From: Gemmatimonadota bacterium
Lineage (GTDB): Bacteria; Gemmatimonadota; Gemmatimonadetes; Palauibacterales; KS3-K002
Direction of reading: 5' to 3'
NCBI GenBank assembly: GCA_039586795.1
Contig: JBDHJS010000007.1
Span: forward strand, 32,001-96,000
DNA length: 64,000 bases
In this document: piece after piece, positions 38,893 through 49,137 of the stretch
How the letters are laid out: the number at the start of each line of letters is the position of its first letter
How positions within the stretch are numbered: position 1 is the stretch's first letter
The notes under the pieces: model-generated
Database searches by the model: none
Told to the model about the DNA's origin: nothing
The model's input: only the letters and a program-made list of their open reading frames with translations
Program-made: the position numbers and the translations under genes

Positions 38893-38942
38893 TTGACAGT
38901 TCGAATTGTTCAATTTATACTGAACAAAACGAACCGTGTCAA
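38893..38942. promoter_or_regulatory. Overlapping divergent sigma70 promoters with palindromic operator
   Basis: Plus: TTGACA-N17-TATACT; minus: TTGACA-N17-TATAAA; inverted repeat TTGTTCA-N8-TGAACAA. Confidence 0.85.
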
Positions 38943-39059
38943 CCACTGGGCAGGTGGGGTGGCTGGGGGCGTCTGGTCAACGACAGGGCGCCGGTCCTAC
39001 AATCCGGGGCCGGCGCCCGACGTTCTTGGAACCGCGAATCAGCAGAATTGGGGTAGACA

Positions 39060-39812
39060 ATGCGTACCCTTGCGATAATCACCGGTTTCTTCCTGCTCGC
39101 CACGAACGTCGCGAGCGGGCAGGAAACGGCGGAGGAGATCATCGACCGAGTTGACCGCATCATGCGCGGCGAGTCGAGTCGCGGCATCGCCACGATGGAG
39201 GTGGTGACCGAGAATTGGGAGCGGAACATGACGATGGAGGTCTGGTCGCTGGGCACCGATTACTCCCTGATCCTCATCACCGCGCCCAAGAAGGAAGAAG
39301 GAACGGCCACGCTCAAGGCGAACGAGGAGATATGGAACTATCTCCCTCGCGTCGACCGGACGATCAAGATCCCGGCCTCCATGATGATGGGCGCCTGGAT
39401 GGGATCCCACTTCACCAACGATGACCTGGTGAAAGAGAGCCGACTGATCGAGGACTACGACATCGAGATCGGCTTCGACGGCGATCGCGAAGGCGTCACC
39501 GTGTGGGAGTTCCATTTGACGCCGCGGCCCGACGCACCGGTGGTCTGGGGCCGCATCGAATACGAGGTGCGGCAGGACGACCTGATGCCCACGTGGGCCC
39601 GCTATTACGACGAAGATGGAGAGCTGATCCGCACGATGATGTGGAGCGACTATCGAGAGCTTGGGGGGCGACTTGTGCCAGCGGTGATGGATGTACGTCC
39701 CGAGGACAAACCAGGCGAACGGACGACCGTGCGCTATGAAGAGTTGGAGTTCGACATCGATATCGATGAGAGCTTCTTCTCGCTACGCGCCTTGAGAGCC
39801 GGGGGGAGGTAA
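39060..39812 (+). CDS. LolA-like outer-membrane lipoprotein-sorting family protein
   Basis: Signal peptide; EGTATLK, IWNYLPRV, WMGSHFTNDDL, FFSLRAL. Confidence 0.85.
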   Translation: MRTLAIITGFFLLATNVASGQETAEEIIDRVDRIMRGESSRGIATMEVVTENWERNMTMEVWSLGTDYSLILITAPKKEEGTATLKANEEIWNYLPRVDRTIKIPASMMMGAWMGSHFTNDDLVKESRLIEDYDIEIGFDGDREGVTVWEFHLTPRPDAPVVWGRIEYEVRQDDLMPTWARYYDEDGELIRTMMWSDYRELGGRLVPAVMDVRPEDKPGERTTVRYEELEFDIDIDESFFSLRALRAGGR

Positions 39813-39814
39813 CG

Positions 39815-41074
39815 ATGCTCGCAGGTCCATGGTGGCGGATCGGCTGGCGTAACCTCGGCCGAAATCGAAGGCGGACGTTAATCACAATGGCAGGGCTTGC
39901 CTTCGGGTATCTCGCCGTCGTTCTCCTGGTCGGCTGGATGGAGGGGCTCACCGCCGAAATGATCGAGAGCGCGACCAACACGATCACCGGCCAGGTGCAG
40001 GTCCATGACGTCGACTATCGCCCGGAGCGGAAGATCTTCGATACGATCGGCGGCCGCGACGGCGCCGACGTATACGCTTTGGTCCAGGAAGTTCAATCCG
40101 ATCCGGCCATCGAGGCGGCGGCCCCCCGCGTATTGGCAGGTGGCCTGGTAAGCTCCGGAGAGGCAACCACCGCCGGTCTCTTGATGGGCATCGACACCGA
40201 GCTCGAACCACGAGTCAGCGTGATCTTGAGCACCATCATCGATGGTGGAATACCCGCCGCCGGCACGAACGAGATCATCATTGGGGCCGAAATGGCCAGG
40301 CAGCTGGCGGTGGATCTCGGCGATGAGGTCGTCCTCATCGTACCCGCGGCGGACGGTTCGATGGGCTACGATCTCTACATCGTGGCCGCGATCTTCCGCA
40401 GCGGACTTGCCGAACTCGACGCGTCATACGCGATGATGCCGCTCGGTTCGCTCCAGCTTCTGATGGCGCTGGAGCCCAACCGGGTGCACGAGATCGCGGC
40501 ATCAACGGCCGATCCCTGGCTAGCGCCGGAGGCTGCGGGCCGAATCGCGGCGCAGTTGGAGCCGCTGGGCCTTGCTATCGAGGTTGAGCCGTGGAGCCGC
40601 CTGCGTCCTGAGATGATGGATTATGCGCAACTCGTGCAGGCCTGGAACGGAGTCATCATCTTCATCGTGTTCGCCATCGCGATCTTCGGCGTCGCCAACA
40701 CGATGCTGATGGCCACGTACGAGCGGCGACGCGAGTTCGCCGTCATGCTCGCCCTTGGCACCTCGCCGTTTGCCGTCGTGCGCTCCGTCCTCGCTGAGGC
40801 GTTGGGCCTGGGAGCGATCAGCCTTGTGTTCGGTGCCATCATCACATTCCCCATTGTCTTCTGGTTCCACAACGCCCCGCCGGACATGAGTTTTCTTTAC
40901 GGCGACTACACGATGTTCGGAGCGCTAATGCGGCCAAGGCTGCGCGTCGAGCTCAACCCCGAGATGTGGGTGTGGACCGGTGTCGCGTTGGTGTTCACCG
41001 CTTTAGTGGCATCGCTATATCCGGCGGCTCGCGCGGCGCGAGTGCCGCCAGCCGATACACTGTCAGGTCTATAA
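39815..41074 (+). CDS. MacB/FtsX (LolE-like) ABC permease
   Basis: WRNLGRNRRRT, NTMLMATYERRREF, YPAARAA. Confidence 0.9.
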   Translation: MLAGPWWRIGWRNLGRNRRRTLITMAGLAFGYLAVVLLVGWMEGLTAEMIESATNTITGQVQVHDVDYRPERKIFDTIGGRDGADVYALVQEVQSDPAIEAAAPRVLAGGLVSSGEATTAGLLMGIDTELEPRVSVILSTIIDGGIPAAGTNEIIIGAEMARQLAVDLGDEVVLIVPAADGSMGYDLYIVAAIFRSGLAELDASYAMMPLGSLQLLMALEPNRVHEIAASTADPWLAPEAAGRIAAQLEPLGLAIEVEPWSRLRPEMMDYAQLVQAWNGVIIFIVFAIAIFGVANTMLMATYERRREFAVMLALGTSPFAVVRSVLAEALGLGAISLVFGAIITFPIVFWFHNAPPDMSFLYGDYTMFGALMRPRLRVELNPEMWVWTGVALVFTALVASLYPAARAARVPPADTLSGL

Positions 41075-41075
41075 G

Positions 41076-42353
41076 ATGATATCTCGAACCACTACCCTCT
41101 TCCGCCTCGCTATGCGAAACCTGCGACGCTATGCGCGCCGCAGCGCGCTCACGGCAGCTGCGATGATCGTGGGCGGCGGTTTGATGATCTTTTCGCTGTC
41201 GCTGGGTGACGGAGGACACGAAGACTGGATCGAGTCCGGTGCGCGCCTTGGGAGCGGGCATCTGTCGATTCAGGCGCCCGGTTTCCGAACTACCCGCAAG
41301 ATCGAGGACCGACTCAGCGCTTCGGCACGCAACGCGGCCGAGGCGGCGCTCGAGCTTCCGGGGATCGGCGAGCACGTGGTCACCGTCGTGCCGCAGTTCG
41401 CTGTCGGTGGGCTGGCAAGCTCGCCGACGGGCGCCCGGCCGGTGCAGATCGTTGGCGTGGACCCGGCCGCCGAGGCAGAGTTTTCCATCATTGACGAGAA
41501 AGTGGTCGAGGGCAGGTACCTGCAACCTGACGATGCCGCGGCCGCCTATGTCGGCACCGTCCTGGTGGAGGCTCTCGATCTGCGTATCGGCTCGCGTCTG
41601 GTGCTAACGGCACAAGACGCCGAAGGGGAGATCTCCGGCGAGTTGGTTCGCGTGGTCGGCATCTTTCGCAGCGGTGTCCCGGAAATCGATCAATCGCTGA
41701 TCCACATTCCGATCACCACAGCGGGGTCGTGGCTTGGGTCGGGAGAAGATGTGACGACGATCGCGGTGTTGTTGGATCGGAGTCGGGCGGTAGATCCGAC
41801 GGTCAGAGGGCTCCAACGCGAACTGTTCGATGAGATCGAGACCGGTCAATTGGAGGTAGTCAGTTGGCGTGAATCTTCGCCCGAGCTCGAAGCCGCCGTT
41901 CGCATCGATGACATGGGCAACTACATCTGGCAGGGCATCATGTTTGGCATCATCGCACTGGGAATCGTGAATACGGTGCTGATGTCCGTGATGTACAGAA
42001 AGCGCGAGTTCGGTCTGCTTCAGGCGCTAGGATTCACGCCGCGCCAGACGGGAGGCCTGGTCGTCACGGAAGGGGTAGTGCTCACCGCGATCAGCGGCCT
42101 GTTCGGAATTGCGCTGGGCCTGTTCCTGACATGGTTCTTTTTCCGCGACGGACTCGATTTTTCCTTCACCTGGGATGAGAGCTTCACCTTCTCGGGCGTT
42201 GCGATGGACCCTGTTATCGTACCGATGTTCACTGTCAGGCGAGTCATTCAGTCCCTGATATTCATCCTGATCATCGGCACCATAGCATCACTCTACCCCG
42301 CTTACCGAGCGACACGTATTGACGTCGCTGAAGCGATGAAATTCGAGCGATGA
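41076..42353 (+). CDS. MacB/FtsX (LolE-like) ABC permease, second subunit
   Basis: AMRNLRRYARRS, NTVLMSVMYRKREFG, YPAYRA. Confidence 0.9.
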   Translation: MISRTTTLFRLAMRNLRRYARRSALTAAAMIVGGGLMIFSLSLGDGGHEDWIESGARLGSGHLSIQAPGFRTTRKIEDRLSASARNAAEAALELPGIGEHVVTVVPQFAVGGLASSPTGARPVQIVGVDPAAEAEFSIIDEKVVEGRYLQPDDAAAAYVGTVLVEALDLRIGSRLVLTAQDAEGEISGELVRVVGIFRSGVPEIDQSLIHIPITTAGSWLGSGEDVTTIAVLLDRSRAVDPTVRGLQRELFDEIETGQLEVVSWRESSPELEAAVRIDDMGNYIWQGIMFGIIALGIVNTVLMSVMYRKREFGLLQALGFTPRQTGGLVVTEGVVLTAISGLFGIALGLFLTWFFFRDGLDFSFTWDESFTFSGVAMDPVIVPMFTVRRVIQSLIFILIIGTIASLYPAYRATRIDVAEAMKFER

Positions 42354-43063
42354 ACGAGATAGACATGAATCCGACCAAGACAGCAGCGGTCCGAACCGAA
42401 GAAGTATGGAAGATCTTCGAGCAGGAAGCGGAAGAGGTTCAGGCCGTCCGCGGCGTCACCATGACCATCGAACCGGGCGAGTTCACGGCGATGGCTGGCC
42501 CGTCGGGCTCGGGCAAGACGACACTGCTGAATCTTATCGGTGGCCTGACGCGCCCGACGCGCGGCAACGTATGGGTTGCCGATCAGGACCTGACTGCGAT
42601 GTCTAATCGTCAGTTGGCCCGTGTTAGGCTCGAGCAGATCGGCTTTGTCTTCCAGGCCTACAACCTGCTACCGGTGCTCACCGCGGCGGAGAACGCCGAG
42701 TTCCCTCTGTTGCTGCAAGGAATAGATGGAGGCGACCGGGAGCGACGCGTCCAAACGTTGTTCGAGCGAACCGGACTGGAAGGTCTGGAGGATCGTCGAC
42801 CCGGTAAGTTGTCCGGTGGTCAGCAGCAACGTGTTGCGGTAATACGTGCCGTCGTTGGCGAGCCGGCGTTGGTGCTAGCCGATGAACCGACGGCCAATCT
42901 CGACTCGGCAGCGAGTGACAAGTTGCTAGAAATGATGCAGGAGCTGAACCGCGAGCTGGGCACGACTTTTGTGTTCGCCACGCACGACCCGCGGGTGATG
43001 GAACAAGCGCGACGGTTGATTCGGCTGGTCGATGGATCGATAGCTTCCGACGAACACCGCTAG
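42350..43063 (+). CDS. ABC ATP-binding protein (LolD-like)
   Basis: GPSGSGKTT, LSGGQQQR, ADEPTANLD. Confidence 0.92.
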   Translation: MNEIDMNPTKTAAVRTEEVWKIFEQEAEEVQAVRGVTMTIEPGEFTAMAGPSGSGKTTLLNLIGGLTRPTRGNVWVADQDLTAMSNRQLARVRLEQIGFVFQAYNLLPVLTAAENAEFPLLLQGIDGGDRERRVQTLFERTGLEGLEDRRPGKLSGGQQQRVAVIRAVVGEPALVLADEPTANLDSAASDKLLEMMQELNRELGTTFVFATHDPRVMEQARRLIRLVDGSIASDEHR

Positions 43064-43077
43064 CGCGAGCAAGAACA

Positions 43078-44262
43078 GTGAGGCGTGCGACTTACCTCGC
43101 GCTTTTGGCCACCTTGATCGCGGCTACAATCGCGAACGCACAGTTGCCCCGCGTTCGCGGCTACTATCTGAACGTCCCCACTTGGAGCGACTCGAACCTC
43201 GTTGCCGTCGGCGGCTTCGGCGACATCAATCGCTTGCGCCTGATGACCGAGCCGAGCTTCAGTGATTTCCGCTTCCAAGTCGCCTACGAGCAGCTACTCA
43301 GCTTGTCGCAGCGCGCCGGTGCCGACCCGTCCGGGATTTTTCTTGGCCTCGCTCCTGGCGGAGGAGAATGGCTCGACCTGCAGTGGGTGATCGCGGACGA
43401 CGATCACGTCAGCTGGGTCCATCGGTTCGATCGACTGAACGTTGACTGGGCTCCCAGCGACGCCATCGACATGGTGCTCGGACGGCAGACGATCTCCTGG
43501 GCGACTACGCTTTTTCTCACGCCGGCCGACCCTTTCATCCCGTTCGACCCTTCCGATCCCTTCCGCGTATATCGCGCGGGAGTTGATGCGTTCAGGTTTC
43601 AGTTCTTTCCCGGACCGCTCAGCGATCTCGATTTCGTCGTTAGACCGGCCGAGTTCTCGACCGGCACCAAGATGTCCATCCTGGGGCGTGGCAGAACCGT
43701 ATGGAAGAGTTGGGAGATCTCATCCTGGCTCGGTATGCTCTACGAGGAACCGGCTGTGGCGGTAGGTGCGGCAGGTGGCATTGGAGCAATCGCTGTCCGG
43801 GCGGAAGCCGTGGTTCAGGGCAGCGACGGCGAGGCGGTGCTTCGCGGCACCGTAGGGATCGACGGGCGTATCGACGCCTGGAGTCGCGATCTGTTCTATG
43901 TCCTGGAGTATCAGCGGGACGGCTTCGCCGCTGCCAGCTCGTCAGAGCTACTCCAGGTGGTGCAATCCGTCGCGTTCGCTCAGGGCCAGCTCCAGGTGCT
44001 GGGGCGCGATGAGGTCGTAGCCCAGGGCTCTTACCAGATACACCCTCTCTGGAGCCTCAACCTACTGCTAATGACGAACCTCAACGATCCCAGTTCCCTG
44101 CTCTCCCCTTCCGCTGCCTACTCGATCAGCAACGAGGTCACCGCAAGCGGCGGTGTCTTCTTCGGTCTGGGAGACGACACACCGAGTCCGCAGTCACCAA
44201 TTCCGTCTGAATACGGACTCGTCCCTGACTATCTCTATCTGTCGGTAGAGATCTTCTTCTAG
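43078..44262 (+). CDS. Putative outer-membrane beta-barrel protein
   Basis: Signal ANA-Q; HRFDRL, GRQTISW, GVDA; terminal YLSVEIFF. Confidence 0.75.
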   Translation: MRRATYLALLATLIAATIANAQLPRVRGYYLNVPTWSDSNLVAVGGFGDINRLRLMTEPSFSDFRFQVAYEQLLSLSQRAGADPSGIFLGLAPGGGEWLDLQWVIADDDHVSWVHRFDRLNVDWAPSDAIDMVLGRQTISWATTLFLTPADPFIPFDPSDPFRVYRAGVDAFRFQFFPGPLSDLDFVVRPAEFSTGTKMSILGRGRTVWKSWEISSWLGMLYEEPAVAVGAAGGIGAIAVRAEAVVQGSDGEAVLRGTVGIDGRIDAWSRDLFYVLEYQRDGFAAASSSELLQVVQSVAFAQGQLQVLGRDEVVAQGSYQIHPLWSLNLLLMTNLNDPSSLLSPSAAYSISNEVTASGGVFFGLGDDTPSPQSPIPSEYGLVPDYLYLSVEIFF

Positions 44263-44279
44263 AGGAAAGCGCTAGGATA

Positions 44280-44990
44280 TCAAACGCGAAATGCTTCGCC
44301 GTTGCGCGCCGGTTCGGCGCCTGCGCTTTGCAGTGCTTTCTTGAAGAGCCAGGCGGAGATCGCCAACGCTAATCCGATCCACAGAATACCCCAAAAGAGC
44401 GTCGGTATACCTGTCATCTCCGCTAGCATACGAGCGTCAGAGAGCACATCCGGTCGGTCGAGGATGTCGCTCTTGATGTCGAGGATGGCGTACAGGCAGC
44501 TCGTCAGGCCCAGCGCCGTGAGCAGCATCGAGTTGGCTTCGGGCTCCATCTCCTTTCCGGCCAGGATCAGCGCACCGCCAAACGCGACGCCGAACAGCAA
44601 ACCAAACCAGCTCCGCACGTACAGGACTGTTACAATAACAACCATCAAGCCGATAACTGCCGACGCGATCTGCGGAACGCGCCCCTTACCCCGCGCCGCC
44701 CAGAGTATCGCGGCACCGAATAGCAGGCTGCCCAGGTAGCCAGCCGACAGAGTGAGGAACGCGTTGCCTCCCGGGCATTGGCACACACCACCCTGGTCCG
44801 CGCTGATCAGGATCCGCTCGATGCTGCCGCCGGTAGCCACGGCTACAAAGCCATGGCTTATCTCGTGAAGGAGTACAACGAAGATCTTCAGAGGATAGAC
44901 AAAAGGCGTATTCCAGAGGAACCAGAGTATGCCGAAATAGACGGCGAACCCCGCCAGGAATCGAAGGCGTCGCTTGGTGATCTCTTCCAT
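44280..44990 (-). CDS. M50B-like intramembrane metallopeptidase
   Basis: VLLHEISHG HExxH, SAGYLG, SDARML; start reassigned to MEEIT. Confidence 0.88.
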   Translation of the reverse strand: MEEITKRRLRFLAGFAVYFGILWFLWNTPFVYPLKIFVVLLHEISHGFVAVATGGSIERILISADQGGVCQCPGGNAFLTLSAGYLGSLLFGAAILWAARGKGRVPQIASAVIGLMVVIVTVLYVRSWFGLLFGVAFGGALILAGKEMEPEANSMLLTALGLTSCLYAILDIKSDILDRPDVLSDARMLAEMTGIPTLFWGILWIGLALAISAWLFKKALQSAGAEPARNGEAFRV

Positions 44991-45113
44991 GGCCCGTCTG
45001 TTGTGACGTGCGGGGTCCGCCGTCCGCACCTGCCCACTGTTAATCGACCGCGACCCAACGTCCCGATCGCTGTCAACGGTCATTACGAATGTAGCATCGA
45101 ATATGTTTCGCGA

Positions 45114-45959
45114 TTAGAACCCATCTTCGGCTTCTACACTCTCTGCGACGACGCCAAGCCGACGGCATAACCCAACAGCCCACAGCGCTGACGCCATGAG
45201 AAGTATCGCGCCGAAGATCATCACACCAATTCCTTCATCCGAAGCAGGAGGCTCGGAGATATCCGTGGCGAATAGACCGACAAGCCCGACCACGTTGTTC
45301 ACCGCGTGGACGACAATCGCCGGTCGGATGCTCCCGGTGCGCCATGTGACCCAGCCAACCGGCAAGCTCCAGAAGAAAAAGAACAACGCGCCGTGACTTC
45401 CGTGCAACAGGGCGAAGGCCATCCCGGTCAACGCGATAGCATACCAGTGTCGAAGCCGCGTCTCCAACGCGCCCTGGAGCAGCCCGCGAAACAGTACTTC
45501 CTCGGCCACGGGCGCGATCAGCGCCACGCTGACCGCCAAGATGATTCGCTCGGCGAGACTCCCCGCGGATACCACAAACTCGACGTCCTGCATCGGAGGA
45601 CCGAGCAGCACCGTCGCGCCCATGTTGCCGAGCAGCAGTGCCGCACCAAGCCCTAGTGATGGCAGGAATGCGCTCCGCGGAAGTCGTCTCAGCCGCAGAA
45701 CGCGCCAGTTCGCGCGTCCAACGGCTGCGAGCCAGCCAAGCGAGCCGACGAGCAGGCCGAGCTCGAACGCCAGCGCCGCAAACGCCAGAGAGTCGTTGAA
45801 GTAGAAGACAACGCCGCCGAGGCCGAGCGCCAACAGCAGTCCGACCACCAGTGCCATGATGACGGTGCCCAGACCGGGGCCACGCGGCTCCAGCAGCGGA
45901 GCTCCGGATTCCCCTTCTGGTCGGGGAGGATCCCTGTTTTCGTGGTATCTCTCAGACAT
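45114..45959 (-). CDS. CPBP (Abi/Rce1-like) intramembrane protease
   Basis: PVAEEVLFRG, FALLH, HAVNN. Confidence 0.9.
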   Translation of the reverse strand: MSERYHENRDPPRPEGESGAPLLEPRGPGLGTVIMALVVGLLLALGLGGVVFYFNDSLAFAALAFELGLLVGSLGWLAAVGRANWRVLRLRRLPRSAFLPSLGLGAALLLGNMGATVLLGPPMQDVEFVVSAGSLAERIILAVSVALIAPVAEEVLFRGLLQGALETRLRHWYAIALTGMAFALLHGSHGALFFFFWSLPVGWVTWRTGSIRPAIVVHAVNNVVGLVGLFATDISEPPASDEGIGVMIFGAILLMASALWAVGLCRRLGVVAESVEAEDGF

Positions 45960-46059
45960 CGCTTAACATTCTCACGTGCGAGCGCATCTAGTACTTCAGA
46001 AGGTGCTACCGCTGCGACTCGTTGCAAGTCCCGAGCCCGCCGGAAAGAGGAGACACCGG

Positions 46060-47625
46060 ATGACGCGTAGGATCCTCACCGCAGTCGTTGCCCTCTCATT
46101 GGGGCTGCCGATGGCCGACAGCCAGACGGTGAACCCACAAGGCGACGACCGGCTCAACGGCCTCACCGAAGAGGAGAGGGCCGTGCACGTGCTCAACCGG
46201 TTGGGCTACGGCCCGCGGCCGGGCGATGTGGCGCGTGTGCTGCGGATGGGGGTGGGTGCGTACATCGAGGCTCAGCTTCAGCCCTGGGCGATTGATGACG
46301 ATCCGGCGCTCGAGCGTCAGCTGGCCAGCTACGATGTCCTCGCGCTCTCTACGGCCGAGCTGATGCGGGAGTACCCGCTGCCGAACTTCGTTCAGCGCGA
46401 GATGCGAGCGAGCGGTACGCTGGACACAGCGGCGATACGGATGGCGGCACGAAGATCGTTCGAGCCCGCCGGCGAGTTGAGTCAGGCGCGCATCGCACGA
46501 GCGATTCAGAGCGAGCGCCAGCTGCAGGAAGTGATGGTCGATTTCTGGCTCAATCACTTCAACGTGTACGCACGCAAGGGGCCGGTCAGGCTATTTCTCA
46601 TAGAGTACGAGCGCGACGCCGTCCGACCGCACGCGCTGGGTGACTTCAGGGAGTTGTTGGGCGCCGTCGCGCACAGTCCGGCGATGCTCTTCTACCTGGA
46701 CAACTGGATGAGCGCCGCGCCGGAGGGAGCGCCAAGAGCGGCGAGTTCGCAACGCGATAGTGGGCGTAGAGCTTTAGCTGGACGACGCGCGACCGGCCTC
46801 AACGAGAACTACGCTCGTGAACTGCTCGAGCTACACACCCTGGGTGTGGACGGGGGTTACACACAGGACGACGTAGTCGCGGTGGCTCGAGCGTTCACGG
46901 GTTGGACGATAAATCTACGATCGGGACGTTTCGCATTTAGACCTGAACTACATGATGCAAATCCGAAGGTAGTGCTGGGTTGGGAGATTAACTCTGAGGG
47001 GATTTCAGAAGGGGAGCAAGTGCTCGATCTTCTGGCCCAGCACCCTTCTACCGCGCAGCTCATTTCCGAGAAGCTGGTACGCCGCTTCGTCAGCGACCAG
47101 CCACCTGCGGCGCTCGTCGATCGCGCCGCAGCGGTGTTCCTCGAAACCCAGGGTGACATACAACAGGTCGTGAGGACGATCGTAACGTCACCTGAGTTCT
47201 TCAGCCGTGAAGCCTACCGCGCTAAGGTGAAGACACCCTTCGAATGGCTTACGAGTAGCATTCGCGGACTCGATCTGGATATTCGCGAGACACGTCTTCT
47301 TGTCGGCGCCCTGATTCGACTCGACCAACCGCTCTACGGAGCGCTCGAGCCCACCGGTTACCCCGACGTCGCCGAGTCATGGGTCAGTTCTGGCGCGTTG
47401 TTGACGCGCGCCCAGCTCGGGCAACGGCTTGCACGTCCAGCTGTGCGTTCGGCTGACCGCTCACTCAGTTCGAAGAAGGTCGTCGATCAACTGCTGCCAG
47501 CGATCGAAACCGACCGCCTACTCTCGGTCATCGAATCGAGCTACGCTGCGGCCGCTCGGCCACGCGACAAGACTGAGACAGCTGTGAGCCTGACACTCGC
47601 CTCGCCCGAGTTCCAGAGGAAATAG
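46060..47625 (+). CDS. DUF1800 protein
   Basis: HVLNRLGYGPRPG, DFWLNHFNV, PAMLFYLDN, NENYARELLELHTLG, SPEFQRK. Confidence 0.92.
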   Translation: MTRRILTAVVALSLGLPMADSQTVNPQGDDRLNGLTEEERAVHVLNRLGYGPRPGDVARVLRMGVGAYIEAQLQPWAIDDDPALERQLASYDVLALSTAELMREYPLPNFVQREMRASGTLDTAAIRMAARRSFEPAGELSQARIARAIQSERQLQEVMVDFWLNHFNVYARKGPVRLFLIEYERDAVRPHALGDFRELLGAVAHSPAMLFYLDNWMSAAPEGAPRAASSQRDSGRRALAGRRATGLNENYARELLELHTLGVDGGYTQDDVVAVARAFTGWTINLRSGRFAFRPELHDANPKVVLGWEINSEGISEGEQVLDLLAQHPSTAQLISEKLVRRFVSDQPPAALVDRAAAVFLETQGDIQQVVRTIVTSPEFFSREAYRAKVKTPFEWLTSSIRGLDLDIRETRLLVGALIRLDQPLYGALEPTGYPDVAESWVSSGALLTRAQLGQRLARPAVRSADRSLSSKKVVDQLLPAIETDRLLSVIESSYAAAARPRDKTETAVSLTLASPEFQRK

Positions 47626-47627
47626 CA

Positions 47628-48866
47628 ATGATCGATCGGCGCGTCTTCCTGAAATCAGGGGCGCTCTCGCTCCTCAGCCTTGGCCTCACACCAGGGTTCG
47701 TGTGGCGAACCGCTCATGCCAGGGCAACGCGCCAAAACAAGACCCTGGTCTGCATCTTTCAACGCGGCGCCGTAGATGGCCTGAGCATGTTGGTACCGTT
47801 CGGCGAGCCGGCGTACTACGGAATGCGTCCGCGGATCGCGATCGCGCAGCCCGGCGCCCGCGACGGAGCGGCACTCGATCTGGATGGACGCTTCGCCTTT
47901 CACCCGGCCCTAGCCCCGTTCAAGGGACTCTACGACCGGGGGTTGTTGGCCGCTGTACATGCGGTCGGGTCGCCCAGCGCGACGCGCTCCCACTTCGACG
48001 CGCAGTACTTCATGGAGACGGCGGTTCCCGACGTTAAGTCGACACGGGACGGCTGGCTCAACCGTGCGCTCGCCGTTTCCACCAAAACAGACCCGGAAGG
48101 TCATCGATTCCTGCGGGCGGTGGCGATGGGCGACCGGCTGCCCGTCGCGCTGAAGGGCGATGAACCGGCGCTGGCGATCTCCGACCTCGAATCTTTCATG
48201 GCGGGGCCGCCCGCTGGACTCGATGCCTTCACGGCTCTTTACGACGAGGACAGTGGCGATAGCGTGCTAGGTGCGTCAGGTCGCGAGGCGACGGAGGCAA
48301 TCAAGCTCCTGCGCGAGCACGACCCCCGCCGCTACGAACCAGAGAACGAGTACCCGCGTAGCCCGTTCGGTCGATCGCTGGCGGAGATCGCGCAACTGAT
48401 CAAAGCTGATATCGGCCTGCAGATCGCGTTTGCCGATGTTGGCGGCTGGGACACCCACGTAAACCAGGGCGCCGCTCAGGGCCAACTCGCTCAACGCTTG
48501 CGCGACTTCAGCGACAGCATCGCTGCGTTCTGCGCCGACCTGGGCGATCGAATGGAAGACGTTCTGGTCCTGACCATGTCGGAGTTCGGACGCACCGCCC
48601 GCGAGAACGGCAACGCGGGCACCGACCATGGTCATGCCAACTGCCTTTTCCTGATCGGCGGTAGCGTGAAGGGCGGAACTATCTACGGCAACTGGCCGGG
48701 CCTGGAGCCCGAGCAACTTTACGAGGGACGAGACCTGGCCCTGACAACTGACTTTCGAGACATCTTCGCCGAAGCGTTGGCCAGCCAGCTCGGTATTGAA
48801 GCATTAGACCGAGTGTTTCCTGGCTATCAGGTCGACCGCGCTAAGTTTCGTGGCCTGATAGGGTAA
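47628..48866 (+). CDS. DUF1501 protein with Tat signal
   Basis: DRRVFLK; RGAVDGLS, RSHFDAQ, GGWDTH, SEFGRT, GTDHG. Confidence 0.92.
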   Translation: MIDRRVFLKSGALSLLSLGLTPGFVWRTAHARATRQNKTLVCIFQRGAVDGLSMLVPFGEPAYYGMRPRIAIAQPGARDGAALDLDGRFAFHPALAPFKGLYDRGLLAAVHAVGSPSATRSHFDAQYFMETAVPDVKSTRDGWLNRALAVSTKTDPEGHRFLRAVAMGDRLPVALKGDEPALAISDLESFMAGPPAGLDAFTALYDEDSGDSVLGASGREATEAIKLLREHDPRRYEPENEYPRSPFGRSLAEIAQLIKADIGLQIAFADVGGWDTHVNQGAAQGQLAQRLRDFSDSIAAFCADLGDRMEDVLVLTMSEFGRTARENGNAGTDHGHANCLFLIGGSVKGGTIYGNWPGLEPEQLYEGRDLALTTDFRDIFAEALASQLGIEALDRVFPGYQVDRAKFRGLIG

Positions 48867-48909
48867 ACCATTCCTTCCATACTCCATCAAGTGGCTGGCC
48901 ACGCTTCGG

Positions 48910-48960
48910 TGGGATTCGGTGATTAGGAGATTCTGTGGTTCGGGGCCTTGGGGATTGGGT
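48910..48960. repeat. Degenerate about 8-mer array (GATTCGGT-like), left arm
   Basis: gggattcggtgattaggagattctgtggttcggggccttggggattggg; roughly inverse to 49138-49200. Confidence 0.55.
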
Positions 48961-48974
48961 AGCCGTGTGCCCTA

Positions 48975-49132
48975 TCCCTTATTGGTTTTCGTGGTTTGCG
49001 CGCGGTGGCTATGCTGACTACGAAGATGGCAGTGAGTTCGTCTGTCTCACCGATCGCTTTTTTCAGCGGCTAACGCTACCAGCCGATTCCAGCGCCTGCG
49101 CCATAATCTGCAACTTTCTTCTGAGAAATCAT
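48975..49132 (-). pseudogene. Remnant of a four-helix-bundle (23S rRNA IVS-protein-like) gene
   Basis: Reads ...W*R*PLKKAIGETDELTAIFVVSIATARK, resembling the family C-terminus; in-frame stops. Confidence 0.5.
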
Positions 49133-49137
49133 TGAAT

